Shown: positions 28,600 through 38,510, numbered from the stretch's first letter. The stretch: DNA of 64,000 bases from an uncultured Methylomirabilota bacterium (GCA_963845565.1 CAWJSJ010000002.1:2496001-2560000); one strand, 5' to 3'. Numbers and translations are program-made. Notes: generated by a model from the letters alone, not told the origin.

Positions 28600-29574
28600 A
28601 TGCATTTGAATCGACGAACGCTGCTGAAACTGGGGATTGCGGCGACGTCGGGGGTTGGCGCTCCCGCCCTGGCGGCCCAAGAAGCCCAGACGGCAAAGGA
28701 GAGACCGGCGTCCTCCCCGGACTATGTGGGCGTCCTGGTGGATACCACGCTCTGCATCGGGTGCCGAAAGTGCGAGGAGGCCTGCAACCGCCGGAACCAT
28801 CTTCCCCGCACGGCCGAATCCTTCTCCGACAGGGATGTCCTCCGCTCCTTCCGTCGGCCTTCCGAAACCGCCTTTACGGTCGTGAACCAGTTCCCGGGGC
28901 GTCCATCCCCGGATCAGGCCGGTTTGCCCCAGACCTACTGCAAGGTCCAGTGCATGCACTGCCTCTACCCGTCCTGCGTTTCGGCGTGCATCGTGGGCGC
29001 GCTGACCAAGTCCGCCGACGGCGCCGTGGTCTACAACCCCACCATCTGCATCGGGTGCCGATACTGCCAGGTTGCCTGTCCCTTCGAGATCCCGGCTTAC
29101 GAATTCCACGTTGCGCTCACCCCTCGAGTGCGCAAGTGCGAATTCTGCGCCGACCAGGCCAAAGGGACCGGCGCCGATCCTGCGTGCGCCGCCTCCTGTC
29201 CCACCGAGGCGCTGGTCTTCGGCCGCCGGGCGGACCTGGTCGCTATGGCGAAGGACCGTCTGAAGCGACGCCCGGACCGTTACGTCAATCACCTCTACGG
29301 CGAAACCGAAGTGGGCGGGACCTCCTGGCTGTACCTGACCGGGAGGCCGGTCCGGGAGGTCGGCCTGCTGGACCTCCCCGACACCCCTCCTCCAAAGTTG
29401 ACCGAAGCCATCCAGCACGGGATTTTCGAGTACGGCATCATCCCCGTGGCATTTTTCGGTCTGCTGGCCGGGATCATGTGGCGCAACCACCGGAAGCATC
29501 CGGACGACACCCCGCACGCGGGGGAAGAGCACGACACCCCTTCCGCGCACACGCCCGAGGGAGGTGGGAAATGA
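28600..29574 (+). CDS. Tat-exported 4x[4Fe-4S] protein (HybA/HmcB/NrfC family) with C-terminal TM anchor
   Basis: NRRTLLK Tat motif; CIGCRKCEEAC, CMHCLYPSCVSAC, CIGCRYCQVACP, KCEFC...CAASCP. Confidence 0.9.
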   Translation: MHLNRRTLLKLGIAATSGVGAPALAAQEAQTAKERPASSPDYVGVLVDTTLCIGCRKCEEACNRRNHLPRTAESFSDRDVLRSFRRPSETAFTVVNQFPGRPSPDQAGLPQTYCKVQCMHCLYPSCVSACIVGALTKSADGAVVYNPTICIGCRYCQVACPFEIPAYEFHVALTPRVRKCEFCADQAKGTGADPACAASCPTEALVFGRRADLVAMAKDRLKRRPDRYVNHLYGETEVGGTSWLYLTGRPVREVGLLDLPDTPPPKLTEAIQHGIFEYGIIPVAFFGLLAGIMWRNHRKHPDDTPHAGEEHDTPSAHTPEGGGK

Positions 29575-32500
29575 CCCCCGCAATCCACAACGACCAGCCG
29601 CATCGGATCGAAAAGCCCTTCTTCACCTTCGGCACCTTGACCCTCTTGATCTTCATGGGCGTTGGCTTCTCTTTCGGCGTCACGCGCGTGCTCCTCGGGC
29701 TGGGCTCGGTGACAAATCTGGACAACCACAATCCCTGGGGTATCTGGATCTCCTTCGACGTGGCGTGCGGCGTCGCCCTGGCGGCCGGCGGGTTCACGAC
29801 CGGCGCCCTGGTCGACATCTTCGGCCGGAAGAAATACCTGCCCCTGCTCCGTCCCGCCCTCCTCACGGCGTTTCTGGGTTATCTCTGGGTCGTCATCGCG
29901 CTGAGCTTCGACCTGGGCCGGTACTGGAATCTCTGGCGTCCGATCTTCAACTGGCAGGGCAACTCCGTACTCTTCGAGGTAGGCATGTGCGTTACGGTCT
30001 ACCTCATCGTCCTGAGCGTGGAAATGAGCCCGTACGTGCTGGAAGGGCTGAAGGCGCGGATCGACGAGGGGGCCTGGGGAGCCATTCTGCTGCGGCGTTT
30101 CGAGAAGCCCCTTCTGGCGTTGGCTGCCGGGGTCCGGATCGTCCTCCCGCTGTTCATCGTCGCCGGCGTGGTGCTCTCTTTCATGCATCAGTCCTCCCTG
30201 GGATCGCTGATGCTCATCGCCCCCACCAAGCTGAGCCCCCTGTGGAACACCCCGATCCTCCCCCTCCTCTTCCTCCTGTCGGCGATCATGGTGGGTTTCC
30301 CGATGGTGATCTTGGAATCCATCTACGCCAACATCAGCTTTGGCCGTAGCCCGGAGATGGAACTCCTCACGCCGTTGGCCCGCATCGTTCCGTGGTTCGT
30401 CGGCACCTACGGCGTGGTGAAGATCGGCGACCTTGTCGTCCGCTACGGTCAGTTGAATTTTCTCGATCACCCCGCGGCCACGACGTCCCTGGTCGTCGAG
30501 ATCCTCTTGGGTATAGTCGCCCCGTTCCTGCTCTTCCTCAACAAGGCGGTTCGCCGGTCCGAGGGATGGCTCTTCTTCACCGTATCCTTGATCATCTTCG
30601 GCGTGGTGCTCAACCGCATCAACGTCTTCCTGGTCGGCTACAACCCGCCGTACTCAGCCAAGGCGTACTTCCCGTCGATCGGCGAGATCGCGATGACGGT
30701 GGCCATCGTCTCCAGCATTCTGTTCTGCTACCGGTTCTTTGTGACGTTCTTCCCCATCCTGCCGGGTTACGTGCCTGCGACGGAAACCCAGCTCGCCCGG
30801 ATGCGCGTGGAGCGGGAGCGGACCGTCAATCCCTTCTGGACCTGGGTGATACGCGGGAACCGCCATCGCCTTCCTCCTGGGTTTCATCGCGTTGTACAAC
30901 CTCGTGCATATCCGAGGCGCACCAAGCGACCGAGAAAACGGTCGAGGAGATCCAGCGCGTCAAGGCGGAGCTGCCGGCTCGTGCCGGACGTCCGTGGCGG
31001 GTACGGCCTACCCTCAGCGGCCCGAAGGCGTACAGGAATTATTACCTGCTGAACAGCACGGTGCTCGGCGCCAAGTCGGACGACTACGAGCCGGTGCGGT
31101 TCTCCCATCGCATCCACGACGAGCTGACCGGGGGGGATTGCGGGGTCTGCCACCATCGCTACGCGATCGGCCGAGGAAGACCGCGTGGGGCTGGATATCA
31201 AGGACCTGCACACGGCGATGGACATCAAGCTGGGCGGCGCCCTGTTCGGCTTGCCATGACGACATGGCGAAGAACCCGCCGCAGAGCTGCGCCCGCTGCC
31301 ATGGGCTGCCCAACGAAGCGGATGCCCCCTCGCGCATCGGCCTCAAAGGGGCCTATCACCGCCAGTGCATCGGGTGCCACGAGCGCCAGCTCAAGCCGGC
31401 GTTCGCGCCCACCGCATGCGCCTCCTGCCACCATCCCTGGACGCCGGACCACTCCACGCTGGTGGACTTCACCGGCAAGCCCAGTCCGCAGGACGTGACC
31501 CGGAACTGCTTGAGCTGCCACCCGAAGGTGGGACAGGACGTGTTGAAGACGGCCCACTGGAACTGGAAGGGATACTCGCCTACGCTGAAGGGATACGAGC
31601 ACCGGATCGACATCAGCCTGACGCATGATGGTCAACAACTCCTGCATCGCCATCGGCCCCAACCTCCAGGAGTGCGCCTCCTGCCACATCGGCTATGGCT
31701 GGGTGGACGCGAAATTCGACTTCACCGACCCGACCAACATCGATTGCCTTGTCTGCCATGACACGACCGGAACGTACCGGAAGGACCCCGGCAAGGGCGG
31801 GCTCCCCGACCCGTCGCTGGATCTGGCCGCGATCGCGAAAAAGGTGGGACGGCCCTCCCGGCAGGCCTGCGGTTCCTGCCACTTTCGCAAGCGGCGGAGC
31901 CCCGTACGCCAAGCATGGGGATCTGGAACCCGCGCTGGCCGACCCGCCGGCGGACTTCGACATGCACATGGGCACGCTCAAGATGCGCTGCCAGGATTGC
32001 CATGCGACCACCGAGCACCGGATTGCGGGGATGTCGATGAGCGCCCCCGCCGTCGAGGGCCGCGTCCGCTGCGAAAAGTGCCACGGGCAAACGCCTCACG
32101 GGGTGGCGGGCATGCTGAGCCGCCATCTGGACGACCACGTCAGGGCCGTGGCGTGCGAGACCTGTCACATTCCCTTCATTGCGAAGGCGGCGCCGACCCT
32201 CTTGCGTCGGGATTATTCGCAAGGCGGGCCAGGACCGTCCGCCAGCGGCTGGACCAGCACGGGATGCCGCAGTACGACAAGAAATTCGGGACCTTGACCT
32301 GGGGCAAGCACCTCGTGCCCACGTACCTCTGGTACGACGGAACCCGCAGCGCCTCGCTGGTGGGCGACACGATCGACCCATCCTCTGCCGTGGTTCTCAA
32401 CGCCCCCGTCGGGGAGAAGCGGAACCCGGCGGCGCGCATCTTTCCGTTCCAGGTCCACGCGGCGGTTCAGCCCTACGACACCGAGAACAAGATCCTCGCC

Positions 32501-32875
32501 CTGCCCAAGCTCTTGGACGGCTATTGGGCCGACTTCGACTGGTCGAAGGCCATTACCAGCGGGATGAAGCAGGTGGGACTCCCCTACTCAGGGAAGTACG
32601 GTTTCGTGGAGACCAAGATGTATTCTTCCATCCACCACGAGGTGGTCCCCGCCACGAAAGCTCTCGGCTGTTCCGATTGCCACAGCCTGGAGGCTATCAC
32701 GTGCACGCGTTGCCACAAGAACGCGAAGGAGATGGACCTTCCCGCGCACCGGCGTGCGGTCTATCCGGAGGCGACAAATCGGATCGATTTCAAAGGCTTG
32801 GGCTACCCCGACGATCCGGCCCACGTAGGCGGCCGGTTCTACATCGGCATCGGTCGAGGCGCGCCGCCGAAATAG
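29571..32875 (+). CDS. Apparent fusion of NrfD/HybB quinol-interacting membrane domain + TM + class III cytochrome c domain + octaheme tetrathionate-reductase-like domain; about 8 indels in this assembly
   Basis: PWGIWISFDVACGVALAAGGF, DLGRYWN, SVLFEV, MHQSSLGS; then PVRFSHRIH, GLKGAYHRQCIGCH; then HWNW, NNSC, KHGDL, PTYLWYDG, IHHEV; 14 CxxCH after frame repair. Confidence 0.7.
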
Positions 32876-33259
32876 CGTCGCGTTCCGGACTTTCGAATTG
32901 GCAATACCTTTAGACGGAGCTCCGACCCAGGAGGCCTTTATCGCTCGCCGGGAAGGTGGAATGAGTCGCTTGATCGCGAAATTTCCTGGACCTTGAAGGA
33001 GTCGGAAATCCTTGGAGAGTGGCGGGGGGGGTAAGCGATCCTATCGCGCGGTCTCCAGGGTCGGCGGCCTCGAGTGTCCGGAGTCGTCCCTCCGCTCAGC
33101 TGGGCGGATCGCCCCATCAAGCCGCTGGCATTGGTTGCTGCTTTAGGCTAACATGCGGATCGCTCGGTCAGGGCAGGCGGGCCGTCGCCCGACCCCAGAG
33201 GGCTTTCATCCGCATCGCCCGACGCTCACGAGAGTTCCTCGGGTCCAGAGGATGCTGGC

Positions 33260-34768
33260 ATGCGAGCCAAGATAAGCTACAAACTCATTGTCGCGGTGGG
33301 CAGCGTGGCGCTGATCATCATCGGGTTTTTCTCCTATGGGATTCTGAGCGCCCATCGACGGCAACTCATCGGCGAGGTCCGACGCAGCGCGCACCAACTG
33401 AGCGAGACGGTGAAAAGCAGCACGCATTACGACATGCTGTTGAATCAGCGGGAGGCGGTTTATCGCATCATCACCACCATCGGCAAGCAGGACGGCATCA
33501 AGAAAGTCCGGATCTTCAACAAGGACGGCGCGATCAGTTTTTCCACGGATCATCTTGATGTCGGCCAGATGGTCGACAAGCGAGCGGAAGCGTGCTATGC
33601 CTGCCATGCGGTGGATCAACCCCTGGAGCGATTGCCCATTCCCGACCGTACGCGCATATTCCAACTCCCCGGTTCCGGGCGCGTTCTCGGCATTATCAGT
33701 CCGATATATAACGAACCGAGCTGCTGGCAAAGCAGCTGTCATGCGCACGAGCCGTCAAAAAAAGTCTTGGGCGTGCTGGATATCTCGATGTCGTTGGATG
33801 ACGTCGATCGCGACATGGAATCCAGCCAAAAGCGCCTACTGCTGTTCGGCATCGTCGCCATTGGCGCCGTGAGTGGCATGATTTTTCTCCTGGTCGATCG
33901 GATCGTGCTCAAGCCGGTGAATGAAATTGCGGCGGCGACGCGCAAGGTAGCTGCCGGCGATCTGCATTACAAGATTGCGTTGACCAAACGGGATGAAATC
34001 GGGATCTTGGCCGACTCCTTCAATCAGATGACGCAAAAACTCTCCGAGGCGCAGCGGCAGATTTATCAATCAGAGAAACTGGCGGCGGTTGGGCAATTGG
34101 CGGCGGGGGTGGCACATGAAATCAATAACCCACTCACCGGAGTGTTGAGCTACGCCAGCTTCCTCCTTAAACGCGCTGAAGACCGGCCCGAGTTCAAGGA
34201 AGACTTGGAAGTGATCGTGCGGGAAACCAAGCGGTGCCGGGAGATCGTGAAAGGCCTGTTGGATTTCGCCCGACAGTTGCCGCCGGAAAAGCAGGCCTGT
34301 GACATCACGGAAATCGTGGAACGCGCGGTTCGTATCGTGCAAATCCAGCTTGCCGCGCATCGCGTGGAGCTGCGGAGGAATCTGCGCACCGACCTACCGA
34401 AGATCCACGTCGACGCGAATCAGCTCCAGCAGGTTCTCGTCAATCTCCTGCTCAACGCCAATGCCGCTATCGGCGACGGTGGGGGCACGATTACCTTAGT
34501 GACCGATTTGGCGGTAGAAGAGGGCGGGGCGCGGAACCAGACCCAAGGCATCGAAGTCAGGGTGAGCGACACCGGCTGCGGCATTCCGCCGGCGAATCTC
34601 CAAAGAATCTTCGATCCGTTCTTCTCCACTAAGGGGGCAAAGGGTACCGGCCTTGGACTGGCGGTCGCGTGGGGCATCGTCGAGAAACACAACGGACGCA
34701 TTGAGGTCGAGAGCGACGTCGGCAAAGGTACAACGTTTCGCGTGCTCTTGCCGATCGGCGAGCAGTAG
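33260..34768 (+). CDS. Sensor histidine kinase with heme c-type periplasmic domain, HAMP, HisKA, HATPase
   Basis: Two TMs; CYACH and CWQSSCH; AHEINNPL; GTGLGL. Confidence 0.92.
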   Translation: MRAKISYKLIVAVGSVALIIIGFFSYGILSAHRRQLIGEVRRSAHQLSETVKSSTHYDMLLNQREAVYRIITTIGKQDGIKKVRIFNKDGAISFSTDHLDVGQMVDKRAEACYACHAVDQPLERLPIPDRTRIFQLPGSGRVLGIISPIYNEPSCWQSSCHAHEPSKKVLGVLDISMSLDDVDRDMESSQKRLLLFGIVAIGAVSGMIFLLVDRIVLKPVNEIAAATRKVAAGDLHYKIALTKRDEIGILADSFNQMTQKLSEAQRQIYQSEKLAAVGQLAAGVAHEINNPLTGVLSYASFLLKRAEDRPEFKEDLEVIVRETKRCREIVKGLLDFARQLPPEKQACDITEIVERAVRIVQIQLAAHRVELRRNLRTDLPKIHVDANQLQQVLVNLLLNANAAIGDGGGTITLVTDLAVEEGGARNQTQGIEVRVSDTGCGIPPANLQRIFDPFFSTKGAKGTGLGLAVAWGIVEKHNGRIEVESDVGKGTTFRVLLPIGEQ

Positions 34769-34926
34769 ACTGCAGTTCAGTGAGACAACGGATGCACGGA
34801 GTATGTCCGTCCTTCGTTGATCGTCGCGCGCCAGGCAGCGTGTTCCGTGTACGCCACGTGTCAGCATCGGAACAGGGGCAACGACGACTGAGTCTCCGGC
34901 GTCGCGCGTGTTGAGGGGAGGCAATT

Positions 34927-36081
34927 ATGGTTCCGATCCTCGTGGTCGTGATGATCGTGGTGTTCGTCGTCATCAACGTGGTGGTTCGGTTGGTGATGGA
35001 TCGGATGCGTGAAGCCAAGGCGCGCAAGGAACGGCTCGAAGCGCTGGATATCGGCCTGCGTTTAGATTTTGCGGATGAAGCGCCATCGCTCAAGCGGGTC
35101 GAGGTGGCCAAGCCGCTCGCGCGTATTCTTGCGGTGGACGACGAAACCATCGTGCTCGACAGTTTCCGGAAGATCCTCGTGGCCGCCGGCTACGCGATCG
35201 ACACGGTGGAAAGCGGGCGCGAGGCGCTGGGCCTCGTGCAGAAGCACACGTACGATTTTGTGTTCACCGACTTGAAAATGCCGGAGATGGATGGGTTGGA
35301 TGTGGTGAAGGGCGTCAAGCACTACAGCGCCGAGTCGGATGTCGTGGTCATCACCGGCTACGCCACCATTGAATCCGCGGTGAATGCGATGAAGTGGGGT
35401 GCCATGGATTATGTGCAAAAACCCTTCACCGAAGACGAACTGGTGGAATTCACCAAGAAGTGCCTGTTTCGCCGGCAAGATCGCGAACACAAACGGCTCT
35501 CCTCCACGGTGCACGTAGCCACGACGGACCGCCCGCCGGCTCACGAATTCGGTCTGCCGGGCGGGGTGTTCTTTTCCCCCGGCCATGTGTGGGCGAATGT
35601 CACCATCCCGGGCATGGTGCGTGTAGGTTTGGACGATTTTGCGCGCAAGATGATCGGGCGCATCGATGCGCTCGAATTGCCCGCCAAGGGCGCGACGATC
35701 AAGAAGGGGGAGTGTCTCTTCAGTATTCGGCAAGGCGGGCGTGCCGCCGTTTTCCATGCGCCGATCTCCGGGACCGTGCATGAGGTGAACGCCGACCTGC
35801 CCAAGCACCTGGAATGGCTGGAAAGCCGTCCCTACGAGCAGGGGTGGGTGTGCTCGATGAAACCCGAGCATCTGGAGGACGAGCTGAGGCAGTTGCATAT
35901 CGGCGAGAAAGCGGCGGAATGGTATCGGGCGGAGATCGCACGCCTCCAGGCGATGCTGGGAGCGGCACATGGCGAAACCGCCGCCCCGCCGGCTCCAACC
36001 GGACGGCTGGTCGAAGGCCAGTTGGAGGCGACCGACGACGCCACGTGGAGCAAGTTCACGCAGGCCTTCTTAGGGGCGTAG
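34927..36081 (+). CDS. Membrane-anchored response-regulator receiver fused to GcvH-like domain
   Basis: N-terminal TM; VDDE, TDLKMPEMDG, KPF; then GHVWA, RVGLDDFA, APISGTVHEVN, PYEQGW. Confidence 0.88.
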   Translation: MVPILVVVMIVVFVVINVVVRLVMDRMREAKARKERLEALDIGLRLDFADEAPSLKRVEVAKPLARILAVDDETIVLDSFRKILVAAGYAIDTVESGREALGLVQKHTYDFVFTDLKMPEMDGLDVVKGVKHYSAESDVVVITGYATIESAVNAMKWGAMDYVQKPFTEDELVEFTKKCLFRRQDREHKRLSSTVHVATTDRPPAHEFGLPGGVFFSPGHVWANVTIPGMVRVGLDDFARKMIGRIDALELPAKGATIKKGECLFSIRQGGRAAVFHAPISGTVHEVNADLPKHLEWLESRPYEQGWVCSMKPEHLEDELRQLHIGEKAAEWYRAEIARLQAMLGAAHGETAAPPAPTGRLVEGQLEATDDATWSKFTQAFLGA

Positions 36082-36407
36082 GTGCGTTTGCGCTCGCGGG
36101 CGGAATCGCCGTTTCGCCCGCCCGCGTTCGCCCCGGACCGTGCCGCATGGAGCGGGCGCTCCGCTGCCTCCCCAATTTTCCGAATCCCCGGGAGTATCCC
36201 CGACGCCTGAAGATCCCGGCCTGTCTTGTGCCCCGCCCTGGTGAGTCGGAGTTATCCTGCGTCCGTGGCCTCGATGCTTCCCGAGCAGCGCCTTCTCCTG
36301 CCTATAGCGGTACCGAGAGGGATCCGTGTGACGAAGGGCCGAATCCTTTCCCGCGGTTCGGGATCATAACTGCAAAGAGGCGTCCGAATTCACGGGAGGA
36401 ATCGCCC

Positions 36408-36605
36408 ATGCCGATCTTCGAGTACCAGTGCACCCAATGCGGGACAACGTTCGAGCAGTTCACGCAGCGCGCCAAGGACGGGCAGGTTCCTGCGTGTCCG
36501 AGATGCGGTGCCGACCGGGCGGAGCGGGTTCTCTCGGGCTTCGCCAGGCAGGCAGCGACGGGGAGCGGATGCGGATCGTCATCCGGCGGCGGGTGAGGGG
36601 TCTAA
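36408..36605 (+). CDS. FmdB-family zinc-ribbon protein; ends at 36596 (TGA), or at 36605 if UGA is Sec
   Basis: MPIFEYQCTQCG...CPRCG...VLSGF...CGSSSGGG-TGA-GGG-GTC-TAA; GGAGG RBS. Confidence 0.85.
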
Positions 36606-36831
36606 TTCCGGGGCCGGGAGCCCCGAGGCGCGAGATGGAACCCCTATTCGGTAGAGTGCGACCTGTTGAGGACGAGGAGACCCCTTTGGCTCGACGGAAT
36701 GAGGCACGACGCCGCCCGCGTCCAGACCGTGGCATCGTCGCTCTTTCCTGACCAACGGAGGCGCTGCATTGACTTTTGTCGGCCGTTCGCACTAGGCTAG
36801 CAGCAACTATTCGCTTCGAGGAGGTGCCTTC

Positions 36832-38199
36832 ATGCTGCGACGGCTCTCGCCGGTGGTGTTGCTGCTGTGTGGTCTGCTCGTCCCGACGCCATCCTGGACC
36901 GGTACCGATCACAAGGACCTCGTGTCCGGGCCGTTCAGGACGGGGCCGGAGGTGACCGAGACGTGTCTCGGCTGCCACGAGCAGCAGGCCAAGGACTTCA
37001 TGAAGACGGTCCACTGGACCTGGCAGGAGAAGCAACAGGTGCCCGGCAGAGGGCAGATGAGCATCGGAAAGCTCAACCTGATCAACAATTTCTGCATTGC
37101 GCTGCCCGCCAACTGGCCGCGCTGTACCAGTTGTCACGCCGGCTACGGCTGGAAGGACGCGTCGTTCAAGTTCGATGACCCGAAGAACGTGGATTGCCTG
37201 GTGTGCCACGACACCACCGGGACCTACGCGAAGTCCCCGGCCGGTGCGGGGAATCCGGATCCCAAGGTGGATCTCGTCAAGGTGGCGCAGAGTGTCGGAA
37301 AGCCCACCCGACAGAATTGCGGCACATGCCACTTCTTCGGCGGGGGCGGCGATCACGTCAAGCACGGGGACCTGGACAGCTCGCTCCTGAAGCCGAGCCG
37401 CGCGGTGGACGTGCACATGGCGGACCCGGCCCCGGGCATGACCTGCCAGGACTGCCACAAGACGAAAGAGCACCAGATTCCCGGGGAGTCGATGGCGGTG
37501 TCCCTCGGGAAGGGGGCGCGGGTCTCCTGTCTCGACTGCCACGGCGAGACCCCGCACAAGATCCCGACCTACAACCGGCACACCAAGCGGGTGGCCTGTG
37601 AGACCTGCCACGTCCCCGTGTTCGCCAAGGGGCTGCCGACCAAGGTCTGGTGGGACTGGTCGAAGGCGGGGCAGGACCGGCCGCCGGCCAAGGACAAGCA
37701 CGGCCTCGAGACCTACGTCAAGATCAAGGGGGAGTTCAAGTGGGAGAAGGACGTCCCGCCGACCTATCTCTGGTACAACGGCGAGACGGCGCGTTACCTG
37801 CTGGGGGATACGATCGATCCGTCGAAGGTGGTTGCGCTGAATCGGCCGCTGGGCGACCGGAAGGATGTCAAGGCCCGGATCATGCCGTTCAAGGTCATGC
37901 GCGGGAAGCAGCCGTATGACAAGCAGTTGAAGACGATCGCGGTCCCACACCTGTTCGGCGGCTACTGGAATCACTTCGACTGGAACCGGGCCATCGCCGA
38001 CGGCAACAAGGCGGCAGGCATCCCCTACAGCGGCCAGTTCGACTGGGCCGAGACGGTGATGTACTGGAAGGTGAACCACATGGTGGCGCCGAAGCAGGCG
38101 GCTTTTCGGTGCACTGCATGCCATCGCGACAAAGGGGGCATCTTGAACTGGAAGGCGCTGGGATATGCCGGCGACCCGGCGCAGGAGCCAGGCAAGTAA
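36832..38199 (+). CDS. otr: Octaheme c-type cytochrome, tetrathionate reductase (OTR) family
   Basis: Signal peptide; 8 CxxCH; HWTW, GK...INNFC, GGGGDHVKHGD, PTYLWYNG, NHMVAP. Confidence 0.92.
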   Translation: MLRRLSPVVLLLCGLLVPTPSWTGTDHKDLVSGPFRTGPEVTETCLGCHEQQAKDFMKTVHWTWQEKQQVPGRGQMSIGKLNLINNFCIALPANWPRCTSCHAGYGWKDASFKFDDPKNVDCLVCHDTTGTYAKSPAGAGNPDPKVDLVKVAQSVGKPTRQNCGTCHFFGGGGDHVKHGDLDSSLLKPSRAVDVHMADPAPGMTCQDCHKTKEHQIPGESMAVSLGKGARVSCLDCHGETPHKIPTYNRHTKRVACETCHVPVFAKGLPTKVWWDWSKAGQDRPPAKDKHGLETYVKIKGEFKWEKDVPPTYLWYNGETARYLLGDTIDPSKVVALNRPLGDRKDVKARIMPFKVMRGKQPYDKQLKTIAVPHLFGGYWNHFDWNRAIADGNKAAGIPYSGQFDWAETVMYWKVNHMVAPKQAAFRCTACHRDKGGILNWKALGYAGDPAQEPGK

Positions 38200-38279
38200 G
38201 ACCTGTCCGGCTGTTCGGCGCAGAACGGATCATCAGACCGTGGGGATGCCCGGACGCCGAACACATAGGGTCCAGATGA

Positions 38280-38317
38280 CCGACCGTCGTCGCGGGTTGA
38301 CGACGGTCGGCTTTTTT
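38280..38317 (+). terminator. Rho-independent terminator
   Basis: CCGACCGTCGTC-loop-GACGACGGTCGG followed by CTTTTTT. Confidence 0.85.
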
Positions 38318-38510
38318 GGATCTGGCGCATCGAGGCGAAGCCGGCACGAGGAGTACGCGCCCTGCGTCAGCGCAGCCTCGACCCTCATCCGGCTTGACAG
38401 GCTTTCGGCGCGGATGCTAGGGTCGCCGACACTTCGTGACGCTGCGACCGGGGCCGGCGCCAAAGGAGTCGGGACGGGCGCGCGATCGGTCTCGATGAAA
38501 GGGGCATTCC

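Noticed and set aside
28600..30800. Hydrogenase-2 (hybAB) operon
   Set aside because: No hydrogenase small or large subunit or hyp genes; the membrane subunit leads into multiheme domains
33126..33142. Sigma54-like TGGCATTGGTTGCTGC upstream of the kinase
   Set aside because: GG-to-GC spacing is 8 or 11 nt, not 10
34927..36081. Glycine cleavage system or sHdr lipoate-binding protein
   Set aside because: Lipoyl Lys absent; no gcvPT, hdr or lipoate ligase genes nearby
38205..38270. Hammerhead ribozyme, fluoride or c-di-GMP riboswitch (CTGATGA on the minus strand)
   Set aside because: No GAAA after stem II and no GATGG or GCAAA core in the right place
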